From: Alphaproteobacteria bacterium
Lineage (GTDB): Bacteria; Pseudomonadota; Alphaproteobacteria; Rs-D84
Reading direction: 5' to 3'
Length of the DNA: 64,000 bases
Assembly (NCBI GenBank): GCA_017505705.1
Contig: JAFVOS010000010.1
Coordinates: 2,883 to 66,882 of the forward strand
Positions 47,762-57,357 of the stretch are shown in pieces (the stretch's first letter is position 1; each line of letters begins with the position of its first letter). Below the pieces are notes generated by a model. The model saw nothing but the letters and a program-made list of their open reading frames with translations, had not been told where the DNA came from and ran no database searches. Both the position numbers and the translations under genes were made by a program.

Positions 47762-48490
47762 ATGAAAAAAGCATTAACATGGATTGGAACCGTTATTGGT
47801 ACTGGGGCGGTTTTGGCGTTGATTTTCGGTGCACTGGAACGTAAAAGCGAGCCACGCACAATTGCAGTTAATGGCGAATGCCTGACGACGGCACCACGTG
47901 ATCGTGTTGCGATAACACTGCGTGTGACAACGCTTGATAAATCTGCAGCAACATCTATGAAACAGGCAACTGCCAAAATCGCAGAAATAACTGAATTCTT
48001 AAAAAATCAAGACGTAGAAATGCAAACAACCCAGTTTAATTCCTATGAAAAAACAGAATGGAATCGTGATGAACAGAAATCTGTCACATTGGGAATTGAA
48101 ACAACGGTTGCAGTTGAAATTTCCGCAAAAAACATTGAAACAATCGAAAAGATTTTGACACAGTTTGCAGGCCAAACAAATGTATTTTCAGAAAACCTGC
48201 GCATGTTCACCAGCCCAGAAACGATGAAGCCGATAATGGAAGATTGTCTGGGGTCGGCGGTTGAAAATGCACGCACACGTGCAAACGCACTGGCCGCAGG
48301 AGACAACAAACGTGCAGGTAAAGTCTTGGCAATATCATACGGCACACACACCGATGATGTGATGTATTCTGGGGCAAATCTGATGCGGTCTAAGATGGTG
48401 ACCGCTGGCACAGTGGACGCAGCAGGAACAATTGTCACACGTGACACCCAGGTTTCTGTATCTGTATCCGCAGTATTTGAAATACGATAA
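47762..48490 (+). CDS. SIMPL (DUF541) domain periplasmic protein
   Basis: Has a signal/TM and IAVNGECLTTAPRDRVAITLRV. The overall pattern resembles BP26/SIMPL proteins. Confidence 0.65.
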   Translation: MKKALTWIGTVIGTGAVLALIFGALERKSEPRTIAVNGECLTTAPRDRVAITLRVTTLDKSAATSMKQATAKIAEITEFLKNQDVEMQTTQFNSYEKTEWNRDEQKSVTLGIETTVAVEISAKNIETIEKILTQFAGQTNVFSENLRMFTSPETMKPIMEDCLGSAVENARTRANALAAGDNKRAGKVLAISYGTHTDDVMYSGANLMRSKMVTAGTVDAAGTIVTRDTQVSVSVSAVFEIR

Positions 48491-48494
48491 ACAT

Positions 48495-49406
48495 ATGAAT
48501 GAACTGATTACAGAATTTATAGAATATCTGATTAAAACGAAGAATTATTCGGCGCATACAGCCGATGCATACGAATCGGACATTCGGGATTTTGTTGATT
48601 TCTTGGTCAAATTCAATGGCGCCGCTATATCTGTTGATGATGTGGCACATGCAGATACATTGATGTTTCGTTCATATCTGGCAGATCGACAAAAACGTGG
48701 ACTGTCGCATAAGTCAACGGCACGTGCACTGTCGTCTTTGCGTGGGCTGTACAAATATCTGGGGCGCAGATATGGTATAAAAAATGATGCAATTGGATTG
48801 ATATCTTCGCCCAAGGTGCCACGAAAATTATCCAAGGCAATCGATCCAATCGATGTCGAACATATGCATGACGCAATTACAGAAACAACCATAAAGAATC
48901 CATGGATTGCGGCACGTGATTGGGCGTTGGTGCTGGTGTTATTTGGGTGCGGTCTGCGAATATCTGAGGCATTGTCACTGCGCAACCAAGATATTGTTGG
49001 TTATCCAGACGTGTTGCGCATTGTCGGCAAAGGGGATAAAGAACGTCTGGTACCTGTTCTGCCAGTTGTGTGGGAAGCCGTAAAAAAATATGTATCTGTG
49101 CGTCCTTTTGCGTCTGAACCAGGAGATGCTCTGTTTCGCAGTGTGCGGGGGTTGCCAATGTCGGCACGAATGGCGGAAAAGGTTGTGGAAAATCTTAGAA
49201 ACTATATGCAATTACCAGACTATGTGACACCACATGCGTTGCGTCATACATTTGCAACAGCTTTGTTGGCGGGGGGCGCAGACCTGCGAAACTTACAGGA
49301 ATTGCTGGGGCACGCATCATTATCAACAACCCAATTATATACCAAAATTAATATGACAGAAATATCGAACATATATGCAAACGCCCACCCACGCTCGAAA
49401 AAATAG
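48495..49406 (+). CDS. xerC: Tyrosine recombinase XerC/XerD family
   Basis: N-terminal SAM-like domain (YSAHTADAYESDIRDF, ARALSSLRGLYKYL). Catalytic residues are seen in GLRISEAL and HALRHTFAT..L..G.DLR..QELLGHASLSTTQLYT. Confidence 0.85.
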   Translation: MNELITEFIEYLIKTKNYSAHTADAYESDIRDFVDFLVKFNGAAISVDDVAHADTLMFRSYLADRQKRGLSHKSTARALSSLRGLYKYLGRRYGIKNDAIGLISSPKVPRKLSKAIDPIDVEHMHDAITETTIKNPWIAARDWALVLVLFGCGLRISEALSLRNQDIVGYPDVLRIVGKGDKERLVPVLPVVWEAVKKYVSVRPFASEPGDALFRSVRGLPMSARMAEKVVENLRNYMQLPDYVTPHALRHTFATALLAGGADLRNLQELLGHASLSTTQLYTKINMTEISNIYANAHPRSKK

Positions 49407-49569
49407 ATAATATTTATTGGATATTGCTTTTTAAAAATCTTTATAATAAAAAATCTGCTTCCGTCACGTGTAATACAGGATTCTATACATCTGGGGTGAC
49501 GTGTCCCGCATCTGGTGCGATTAATGTAAATCTGGGTGGTACGACATACCATGCAATTTATTAAGGAAG

Positions 49570-49600
49570 AAAAAATCCCCCTTTCGGGGGATTTTTTTTA
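49570..49600. terminator. Bidirectional intrinsic terminator
   Basis: aaaaaatccccc-tttc-gggggatttttttt. Confidence 0.8.
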
Positions 49601-49611
49601 AATTGTTTTTA

Positions 49612-49761
49612 TTAACAACCACCGGTCATATTGCCAATGATTTTTGATACTGAAATATCTTTGTGCAGCAAGAAATCATATTCACAATTGCCAGATTTGT
49701 ATGAACCTGTGCAGGCAGCCAATGTCATAACAGCAAATAATGCTAATAATGCTTTTTTCAT
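49612..49761 (-). CDS. Small lipoprotein (49 aa), below the ORF-track length cutoff
   Basis: My translation is MKKALLALFAVMTLAACTGSYKSGNCEYDFLLHKDISVSKIIGNMTGGC. It has a GGAG RBS, lipobox LAAC, and a terminator downstream. Confidence 0.6.
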   Translation of the reverse strand: MKKALLALFAVMTLAACTGSYKSGNCEYDFLLHKDISVSKIIGNMTGGC

Positions 49762-49828
49762 CGTTTCTCCTTTTGTGTTTTTGTGAAAACATTCTTATTA
49801 TAAATCGTGAAAAAACTGTGTGCAACAT

Positions 49829-50179
49829 TTATATTGCATTTTTTATCCAAAAAATACGCAACCCACAAACTGCAATCACATCAAATCGTGCATCGCCAGA
49901 CCACCGATGTTGAATCAAATATGTATTCGCAGCGGCACGCAATCGACAGGCCTGGGGCGCAGAAACAGCATCGATGGCCGTCCTTAGGCTTGGACGATTC
50001 TTTACCTCTATAAAAACCAGCAGATTGCCACGTTTTGCAATTATATCTATTTCTGCACGATGGGTATTACGCCCCGTTATATATCGGCTGTGAACAATGC
50101 GAAATCCATGAAGGCGCAGGTATAAACGTGCAACAAATTCAGCCCACAGGCCACGCTGATAATTAGTTCTAGAACGCAT
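49829..50179 (-). CDS. yraN: YraN family (UPF0102) endonuclease-like protein
   Basis: GLWAEFVARLYLRLHGFRIV.....TGRNTHRAEIDIIAKRGNLLVFIEVKNR. The internal ATG at 50179 was chosen. Confidence 0.8.
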   Translation of the reverse strand: MRSRTNYQRGLWAEFVARLYLRLHGFRIVHSRYITGRNTHRAEIDIIAKRGNLLVFIEVKNRPSLRTAIDAVSAPQACRLRAAANTYLIQHRWSGDARFDVIAVCGLRIFWIKNAI

Positions 50180-50939
50180 ATGGTTTTGCTTTAAAGTTTT
50201 CACGTGCCTGTTGTATATTTTTTGATTCGTCGGTGGCATGACGGCCATTGTCAACCAATTCCAATGCACCATAGTATGCCATCATCACAGGATCATACGC
50301 ATTATCAGACGACGCCCATGTGTCTGTACCTGCATTCGGTGCCCCATATTTATCCAAAACATTTTGCCAAAATGCCAGAATCTTTTTATTGCGCTGATTT
50401 ACGAACTTCTCGCTGTCCCCTTCCAGGACATCAACATCGTTTTTATATACAACACGCCAAACAACATTATCAGTGGCATTGCTGGTAAAATAAACATCCA
50501 ATGTTTCACCGGTATTTTCCCGAACCAAATGCATTTCAGACGCATATAACAACCCCCTGTTCTTGGCCAGTGTGCGAACACACTGTTCCAGTTCTGATGG
50601 TATATATATACCGTTTTGTCTGCACTCATAATCCAGGTTATATTTCCAATCTTTGTGTATTGAATATACAATGCTGTTCTTGGGGCGCATAGAATACAAA
50701 CCACCATTATCAACAAACAAAGTCTGGACATCTTCAAAATTCATCCCCAGCATAACACCGGCAATATCAAACCCAGAAACAGCCATGGGCCCTGCCCCAG
50801 AATTAATTTCAATGCCTTCTAGTAAAAAGTCGGAATCCCCAGCATCGGTAATCGCAAATTCACTGAAATCAAAATCATCAGCATAAACGCCAGATGCCGT
50901 TAAAATTGATATTAAAAATATCCATGCCGTTTTTATCAT
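50169..50939 (-). CDS. Hypothetical secreted protein
   Basis: Sec signal MIKTAWIFLISILTASGVYA. It lies in the operon 6 nt after the upstream gene. Confidence 0.55.
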   Translation of the reverse strand: MIKTAWIFLISILTASGVYADDFDFSEFAITDAGDSDFLLEGIEINSGAGPMAVSGFDIAGVMLGMNFEDVQTLFVDNGGLYSMRPKNSIVYSIHKDWKYNLDYECRQNGIYIPSELEQCVRTLAKNRGLLYASEMHLVRENTGETLDVYFTSNATDNVVWRVVYKNDVDVLEGDSEKFVNQRNKKILAFWQNVLDKYGAPNAGTDTWASSDNAYDPVMMAYYGALELVDNGRHATDESKNIQQARENFKAKPYAF

Positions 50940-50945
50940 ATCTTT

Positions 50946-51593
50946 CTAGTCCACCAATACGTCAAACACACGAAATTTAAACAATGATGCAGGATCATCA
51001 CCAGATTCCAAACGTGTGCCAATATCTATTTCTTTGCCATTGGTATCACGCCAGAATCCAGGCTCGTACCGCATGTTTATATTCATTGTTCCACGTGTTA
51101 TAATGGGATCGTGCGCCAAATCATTTGGAACATCCCATGTTATTAATTCATATGTAATTTCCCACCAATTTTCACTGTCTTGGGGCAGACGCATGTCCAC
51201 CAGCCTTGCAATGCGCATAGCCTTGTTTGCAGCCATTGCAGAAATGTCCGAACCAGTGGTCTTTAACCACTGGTTAAAAACATTTTCTGATACCATTTTA
51301 CGCAGACCAATTTGCCCCCCCAGACGCTGGGTGACATTGACCATATCTGGTATAACATAGAAATATTCTGTCACAAATTTTTCAACCAGCATTTCACGTA
51401 TCTTGTCATTACTCAAATCCGAAATTGCCGCTGGCACACCAATGCGTTCAGACGACAAATTTGATGGCTGGAAAAAGAACGTATCAACAGTTTGCTGGGA
51501 CGCAGTATCATATATTGCAGCACCAACAACAATCATGCCAAATGTCAGGCATAATAATATCAATCCTGAAAAAAACATTATCAGCTTTTTCAT
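50946..51593 (-). CDS. Membrane-anchored periplasmic protein, possibly VirB8/NTF2-like fold (paralogue 2)
   Basis: Has an N-terminal TM helix (LIMFFSGLILLCLTFGMIVVGAAI), IREMLVEKFVTEYFYV, NWWEITYELITW, and a C-terminal FKFRVFDV. Start overlaps the upstream stop (ATGA). Confidence 0.45.
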   Translation of the reverse strand: MKKLIMFFSGLILLCLTFGMIVVGAAIYDTASQQTVDTFFFQPSNLSSERIGVPAAISDLSNDKIREMLVEKFVTEYFYVIPDMVNVTQRLGGQIGLRKMVSENVFNQWLKTTGSDISAMAANKAMRIARLVDMRLPQDSENWWEITYELITWDVPNDLAHDPIITRGTMNINMRYEPGFWRDTNGKEIDIGTRLESGDDPASLFKFRVFDVLVD

Positions 51594-52282
51594 ATATTAT
51601 TCACTGTCTTGTACGCATTAAAATCTGTTATATAAAAACCCATATTCTGTGGATAGTTTTCATAATCCGTCCCCAGTGTCACATATGATATCACAGGTAT
51701 AATATCACCAATATTTGATTTGATATTTGTTATTACACGCCATGTGCCGCCTGTGTCGGTGACATCACCGGTGGCAGAAACATATATGTCATCTGTATCA
51801 ACAAACCACGTCGTCCCATTTTCGGCCAGTATGCGATAACCAGGAACGATATTATTTATAAATTTATTATACAAATCTTCGCTGGCGTTACAATATATCT
51901 GGGCACGATCAGGGACATTATCTGAATTACATTCTGATTTTTCAGAAAAACCATACCACATATCATCATTTTCAGACACATTTGCAGATACAGAAAACCA
52001 ATTCTTGGTAAATTTCGCAATTACAGATTCCTGCATCGCACGATTACGTGATATAGTGCGTTCACCATGATCGTGTCCAACAACCTGCCAGGCGCCAGTG
52101 AAATTATCAATCGACACCAAAAATGGATGTATCATCTGTGACCGAGATGCCCACGCAATCAGCCCCCCGACAATCATTATTAACACAAAGACAATCATTA
52201 CGCCAATACCCATCACCCGGGACAATGCAATGCGTGGCCCCGCAGGAAATGCAGATGTGTTAAAATTGTCCGGATATCTCAA
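51590..52282 (-). CDS. Membrane-anchored periplasmic protein, possibly VirB8/NTF2-like fold (paralogue 1)
   Basis: TTG start after GGGGGGA. Has a TM helix (VMGIGVMIVFVLIMIVGGLIAW), PFLVSIDNFTGAWQVVG, MQESVIAKFTKNWFSV, TWRVITNIKS, and GFYITDFNAY. Confidence 0.45.
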   Translation of the reverse strand: MRYPDNFNTSAFPAGPRIALSRVMGIGVMIVFVLIMIVGGLIAWASRSQMIHPFLVSIDNFTGAWQVVGHDHGERTISRNRAMQESVIAKFTKNWFSVSANVSENDDMWYGFSEKSECNSDNVPDRAQIYCNASEDLYNKFINNIVPGYRILAENGTTWFVDTDDIYVSATGDVTDTGGTWRVITNIKSNIGDIIPVISYVTLGTDYENYPQNMGFYITDFNAYKTVNNI

Positions 52283-52318
52283 AACAATCCCCCCGTATGT
52301 TGTCCGGTGGAAAAATTA

Positions 52319-52465
52319 TTAAGCCTGGTACACCATGATGCAGGCGCATGGGCTTAACTTTAATTCATTATTGTCATAACCAACACCAACAGGTTCACGA
52401 TCATAAACCTGGCCGCAGCCGGCAAGACATAATGCAACTAATAATCCCAGAAATACTTTTTTCAC
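52319..52465 (-). CDS. Tiny lipoprotein (48 aa)
   Basis: The GTG at 52465 follows GGAGA. It encodes VKKVFLGLLVALCLAGC lipobox and a 32-aa mature peptide with PCAC near the C-terminus. Confidence 0.55.
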   Translation of the reverse strand: MKKVFLGLLVALCLAGCGQVYDREPVGVGYDNNELKLSPCACIMVYQA

Positions 52466-52521
52466 GTATGTCTCCTTCCTTTTTCTTTGATTATAAGAAA
52501 AATCCACATATATCGTCAAGA

Positions 52522-54792
52522 CTAAAACTGGGTCTCGAACGACAACAGGAATCTTTGTTCACGATCATATTCTGTCATCTTTAGCGGCCAACCCCAACTG
52601 AAATTCATTGGCCCCATTGGCGTATTCCAGTAAATACCAACACCAACGGATGTACGTATATTATCGTCGATATGATTTGGGCGCCCCATAAATGTATATT
52701 CTTTTTCTGGCGGTTTACCCAGCATACCATAGTCGGCAAAGACAAACCCTTTGACCTGGTATTCATCGGGGATAAATATTGGGAAGTTTAACTGGGTCGA
52801 ACCATTAATTTTCCACAATCCGCCCAGCGCATATGTACTGTAGAACCAATTGCGTGATCCAACACCAGCAACGTCAAATCCACGCAAAGATTCACCACCC
52901 AAGAAATAACGGTATACACGTGATACATAATCGCCGTCCAGTGGCTGAATATAACCGAAATCCAACGATGAGCGCAGTTGCCAGCGATCATCAAAAAACT
53001 TTACCATACCGATAATATCACCACTGTATCGCATAAATGATTCTGTGCCACCAAATCCGGTATATGCCAATCCTAAATTCGCCACAATACCGGTGTGGGT
53101 GTTCTGCTCAAAATTCGTGTCCAGATTATGATAACGCAAACTGGTTCCCAATGTGAACAATGTTGCATCTTGCCAGCCATCTTCGGCCTGGATATCATAG
53201 TTTTGATCAAACGATGCAGACAAACGTACACTTTGCGTCCAATGGTCGGTCAAACGCCACCCCAAACGACCCGCCACCATCAAAGAATCACGATCATATC
53301 CAAATCCACCAAGCGATGAATAGTCATACATTGTATATGACACATCAAACCCACCAGACAATTGACGACCAAACAAATATGGTTCTGTAAAACTGAACAA
53401 CGCCTGTTTCTGATATTCGGCAATTGATGCACGCAGTTGTACAATCTGGCCACGCCCCATGAAATTATTTTCGGTAATCCCTGCATCAATCATGAAGCCG
53501 TTAATGTTTGACCAGCCAAAACCACCAGACAATTCGCCTGTTGGCTGTTCTTCGACCCGAACATCCAGATTCATCATATTTTCGCCCGCCACACGTGTGG
53601 GCACCATCTGGACATCTTTGAAATAGCGTGTGCGCATTAATTTCTGGCGTGCTTCTTCGATTGTTTGGAATGAAAAAGGATCGCCCGCACGCATTGGCAT
53701 CAATTGTTCAATCACTGAATCAAATGTGCGGACATTGCCCAGAATATTTATCGAATTCAGATAAATACGATTTGTTTTTTGAATCTTGAATTTTAAATCG
53801 ATTGTTTTGTCATCTGCATTCTTTTGCGGTATTGGTTCAACATTAATAAAGGCATAACCATAGTCCGCAATACGACTGCGCATATCCATCAGGGTTTCTT
53901 CAACGTCATCAACATTGTATGTGTCGCCCGATTTCATGACAATTGTTTCGTTTAATACATCATCAGGGATATCACTGAATGGGTTGTCGATGGACAGTTT
54001 TCCAATTTTATATTTTGCACCTTCGTTAACAGTGAATGTGACAGAATAATATTCACGATCCGGGGTAAAAACACCATTTGTATCTGTCACATTAAAATCA
54101 ACATAACCGTTACGCAGGTAAAATTGACGCAACATTTGGGCATCGTATTGAATTCTGTCTTCGTCAAATGTGTCAAATTGCGTCATAAAACGCCACCACG
54201 CATGTTCACGAGATAAAATCTCGCCACGCAGTGTGCGGTCATTAAATTTTTTATTTCCTTCGAATTTAATGTCTGTAATCCATGTTGGGTGGCCTTCGGT
54301 AATCTCGTACACAACATTTACACGATTGTCATCCAATTCTATTTTTTGTGGCTCAATTTTTGTACCAAAGAACCCCTTGCGCTGGTATATTGTTAACATG
54401 CGCTGAACGTCCGCACCAATTTCAGATTCATCATACGACGCACGTTCTTTGGTTCTGATTTCCTTTTTCAAATCGTCTGTTGATATTTCGTCATTCCCTT
54501 CGACGGTGACCATGTTTATTATTGGCGCCTCAGATATATCAATTTTTAGCACATTGCCAGACATGCGGACACTGATTTTAGAAAAATAGCCCGATGATTG
54601 CAGTTTCTTGGCAATCTCGTTTGCACGATGCGTTCCAACATTATCCCCAACCTTGACATCAGACAAAATCCTGATAGATTCTGCATCCATGCGATGATTG
54701 CCAGAAACATCAATACGTGAAACCGTCGCACCATACGCAGGCACAACAACAGACAATATCAGCGCAAATACCAAACAGTTTTTATACTTCAT
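52522..54792 (-). CDS. bamA: Outer membrane protein assembly factor BamA
   Basis: Signal peptide, POTRA repeats (V.RI.V.GN.R....I), and a C-terminal barrel ending LLSFETQF. Confidence 0.93.
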   Translation of the reverse strand: MKYKNCLVFALILSVVVPAYGATVSRIDVSGNHRMDAESIRILSDVKVGDNVGTHRANEIAKKLQSSGYFSKISVRMSGNVLKIDISEAPIINMVTVEGNDEISTDDLKKEIRTKERASYDESEIGADVQRMLTIYQRKGFFGTKIEPQKIELDDNRVNVVYEITEGHPTWITDIKFEGNKKFNDRTLRGEILSREHAWWRFMTQFDTFDEDRIQYDAQMLRQFYLRNGYVDFNVTDTNGVFTPDREYYSVTFTVNEGAKYKIGKLSIDNPFSDIPDDVLNETIVMKSGDTYNVDDVEETLMDMRSRIADYGYAFINVEPIPQKNADDKTIDLKFKIQKTNRIYLNSINILGNVRTFDSVIEQLMPMRAGDPFSFQTIEEARQKLMRTRYFKDVQMVPTRVAGENMMNLDVRVEEQPTGELSGGFGWSNINGFMIDAGITENNFMGRGQIVQLRASIAEYQKQALFSFTEPYLFGRQLSGGFDVSYTMYDYSSLGGFGYDRDSLMVAGRLGWRLTDHWTQSVRLSASFDQNYDIQAEDGWQDATLFTLGTSLRYHNLDTNFEQNTHTGIVANLGLAYTGFGGTESFMRYSGDIIGMVKFFDDRWQLRSSLDFGYIQPLDGDYVSRVYRYFLGGESLRGFDVAGVGSRNWFYSTYALGGLWKINGSTQLNFPIFIPDEYQVKGFVFADYGMLGKPPEKEYTFMGRPNHIDDNIRTSVGVGIYWNTPMGPMNFSWGWPLKMTEYDREQRFLLSFETQF

Positions 54793-54794
54793 AA

Positions 54795-55865
54795 CTAGTT
54801 CCACCCAAATACACGTGCCAAATCATTCCACATTGTTAATACAAACAACCCCAGTATCAACAACCAGCCAACCATAATCGCAATTTCCATGCCGCGTCCC
54901 TGTAATTTGCGACGGGTTATACCTTCGATTATCAATATCAGCAAATACCCACCATCCAGCACCGGAAGTGGTAATAAATTAATGACTGCTAAATTCACAG
55001 ACAGTAATGCAATAAGCGACAGGAATGTAAAGAACCCTGCCAACATTGCAGCACCAGAATACTGGGCAATTGTAATAAACGACCCCAACTGCTTAGACGA
55101 ACGTTCGCCGGTCACAATCTGTTTTAACACGACAACCAATGTCTTGGATTCATAGTATGTTTTACGTGCACCAGAATACAAAGCACGAAAAATATTTTGA
55201 CGTGCTGGATCTGCTTTCTTGCTGCCATCGGCGACCATGCCCCATCTGTCCGCAGGACTTAATATCACATTTACCAAATTATCACCACGTGCAATCATAA
55301 CATTTGCATCACGATTTGATGCCAGTTCTTTGGCAATGATTAAATCCCCCCAGTTAGAAATATTTTCATCATCTATTTTTACGATTATGTCCCCAGGCTT
55401 AACCCCGGCATTAAACGCAACAGATTCTTGGATAACCTGGCCGACAACAGGCAACTGGGAATTGCCAACCAAACGTGGCTGGAACATAAACAGCGATGTA
55501 TATATTATCCATGCCAAAATAAAATTCATCGTGACGCCAGCCGCAATAATTATAAACTGTTTCCAGGCCGGCACCGACAGATAATGTCCACGCTTTTTAT
55601 CTGCGTCTAAATCTGCGTATTTTTTGCGGTTAAACATATCTTCTTGGCCGTATATAGAAACATATCCACCCAATGGTAAACATGCCAGTTTCCATACCGT
55701 ACCACGACGATCTGTCCATTTTAAAAGCGCAGGTCCAAATCCAATTGAGAAAGTATCAACACGCACACCAGCCCAACGTGCAGCCAAAAAATGCCCCAGT
55801 TCATGTACAAAAACCACAACGCCCAATACAATCAATAATGCGATGATGGTTAAAATAGTCTGCAT
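54795..55865 (-). CDS. rseP: RIP metalloprotease RseP
   Basis: HELGHFLAAR, a PDZ segment, and NLLPLPVLDGG. Confidence 0.93.
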   Translation of the reverse strand: MQTILTIIALLIVLGVVVFVHELGHFLAARWAGVRVDTFSIGFGPALLKWTDRRGTVWKLACLPLGGYVSIYGQEDMFNRKKYADLDADKKRGHYLSVPAWKQFIIIAAGVTMNFILAWIIYTSLFMFQPRLVGNSQLPVVGQVIQESVAFNAGVKPGDIIVKIDDENISNWGDLIIAKELASNRDANVMIARGDNLVNVILSPADRWGMVADGSKKADPARQNIFRALYSGARKTYYESKTLVVVLKQIVTGERSSKQLGSFITIAQYSGAAMLAGFFTFLSLIALLSVNLAVINLLPLPVLDGGYLLILIIEGITRRKLQGRGMEIAIMVGWLLILGLFVLTMWNDLARVFGWN

Positions 55866-55897
55866 GTTTTTCTTCCTTTACCTTGTAATAATGATAC

Positions 55898-56551
55898 TTA
55901 TAACATTGTCAACCAGACCAGTGGCAGCGCATAAATCCAACCATCAAATCTGTCCAGCATACCGCCATGACCAGGCAAGATATTACCAAAATCTTTGATA
56001 CCCATTTTGCGCTTAATCCAACTGGCGGTCAAATCGCCATACTGGGACAATAATGCGACACTGATACCTGTCCAGATCATGCCAAATGCCGACATAAACG
56101 GCAATCCACGAAACATTGCATATGCCACGTATACAGATGCACCACATACGATTCCTGCAATTTGCCCAGACCATGTTTTGTGGGCAGAAATACGTTCCCA
56201 CATCTTGTCGCCGCCAATCATACGCCCAAACAGCCATGCTCCAATGTCTGCGGCACAGATAATTAACAACAGTTGCAATACCAATTGTGGACGTGCACCA
56301 ACCTTGTTAATCGCCGCCAGCATCACAAACAGCCATGCCAAGAATACACAAAATGCAACACCATCTTTTTTCAGACAATCTTTGCCTGTCTTTTTCATAC
56401 ACAATACCATTTCAACAATCATCATCAATACGATAATTATCCCCAGAATTCGTACCGCAGGAAAACCAAAATATTCCAGCACAGCCGCCCCCCCAGCGAT
56501 CAGTGCCATAATTGCCCCCGCAAATATCCGCTGAATTGTGTTCTTAGACAT
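55898..56551 (-). CDS. cdsA: Phosphatidate cytidylyltransferase
   Basis: Multi-TM protein with the C-terminal signature SW.KR..GIKDFGNILPGHGGMLDRFD. ATG at 56551 with AAGGA RBS. Confidence 0.9.
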   Translation of the reverse strand: MSKNTIQRIFAGAIMALIAGGAAVLEYFGFPAVRILGIIIVLMMIVEMVLCMKKTGKDCLKKDGVAFCVFLAWLFVMLAAINKVGARPQLVLQLLLIICAADIGAWLFGRMIGGDKMWERISAHKTWSGQIAGIVCGASVYVAYAMFRGLPFMSAFGMIWTGISVALLSQYGDLTASWIKRKMGIKDFGNILPGHGGMLDRFDGWIYALPLVWLTML

Positions 56552-56564
56552 ATGATATCCTTTA

Positions 56565-57326
56565 TTATTTTCTACCTTTGCCAGAATAGTTGGCTTTCTT
56601 GCCACCACCAAATCTGCGATTACGTTTTGCAAATTCGTCCAATGTGTATTGCCACAGTTTTTCACTTTTTACAAAATCAGGCCAATGTTCCGGTACAAAC
56701 AGCAATTCTGCATACGCCAGTTTCCACAGCATAAAGTTGGAAATACGATATTCATTACTGGTTCGAACCATCAAATCGACTGGCAACAGGTCGCCTGTAT
56801 CCATAAAGGTTTCAAAAGATTCCTTGGTGACCGCTTCGCCAGATTCAATCGCAGCATTAACAGCATCAATAATTTCATCTTTGCCGCCATAGTTCAGTGC
56901 AAACACAACTGTACCACCTGTGTGTTCCGCTGACTTTTCTTCCAGTTCGTCACATAATTTTGCCAGTTTCTTGGGCAATCTGTCACGAGAACCAATAACA
57001 CGATATCGCAAATTCTTTTCAATCGCATTTTTTAAATTCTTTTTCAGTTCTGTATAAAACAAATCCATCAAGAAATCGACCTCTTCCTTGGACCGGTTCC
57101 AATTTTCCGTAGAAAACACCCAGAAAGTCACAGTTGAAACGCCACGCTTTAAAAACCAATCAACCAGGTTTTCAAAGTTAGCAATGCCAGCCTGGTGCCC
57201 CATTAATGGTGGCAAGCCACGATTTTCTGCCCAACGACGATTTCCATCACAAATAAATGCGATATGCTGAGGTATTTTGTTTTCTTGCTGTGTCAATTTA
57301 TTCTTGGTTTTAAATAATTTAAACAT
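56565..57326 (-). CDS. uppS: Undecaprenyl diphosphate synthase
   Basis: HIAFICDGNRRWA, FSTENW.R, RTSNEYRISNFMLWKLAYAEL. Confidence 0.94.
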   Translation of the reverse strand: MFKLFKTKNKLTQQENKIPQHIAFICDGNRRWAENRGLPPLMGHQAGIANFENLVDWFLKRGVSTVTFWVFSTENWNRSKEEVDFLMDLFYTELKKNLKNAIEKNLRYRVIGSRDRLPKKLAKLCDELEEKSAEHTGGTVVFALNYGGKDEIIDAVNAAIESGEAVTKESFETFMDTGDLLPVDLMVRTSNEYRISNFMLWKLAYAELLFVPEHWPDFVKSEKLWQYTLDEFAKRNRRFGGGKKANYSGKGRK

Positions 57327-57357
57327 GCGATATTTCCTGAAATTGTTGATGATATTG

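Noticed and set aside
55995-56534. A 179-aa plus-strand ORF, with similar cases at 36813-37319 and 39399-39704.
   Set aside because: They are antisense shadows of cdsA, accDA and amiC respectively, and have no independent support.
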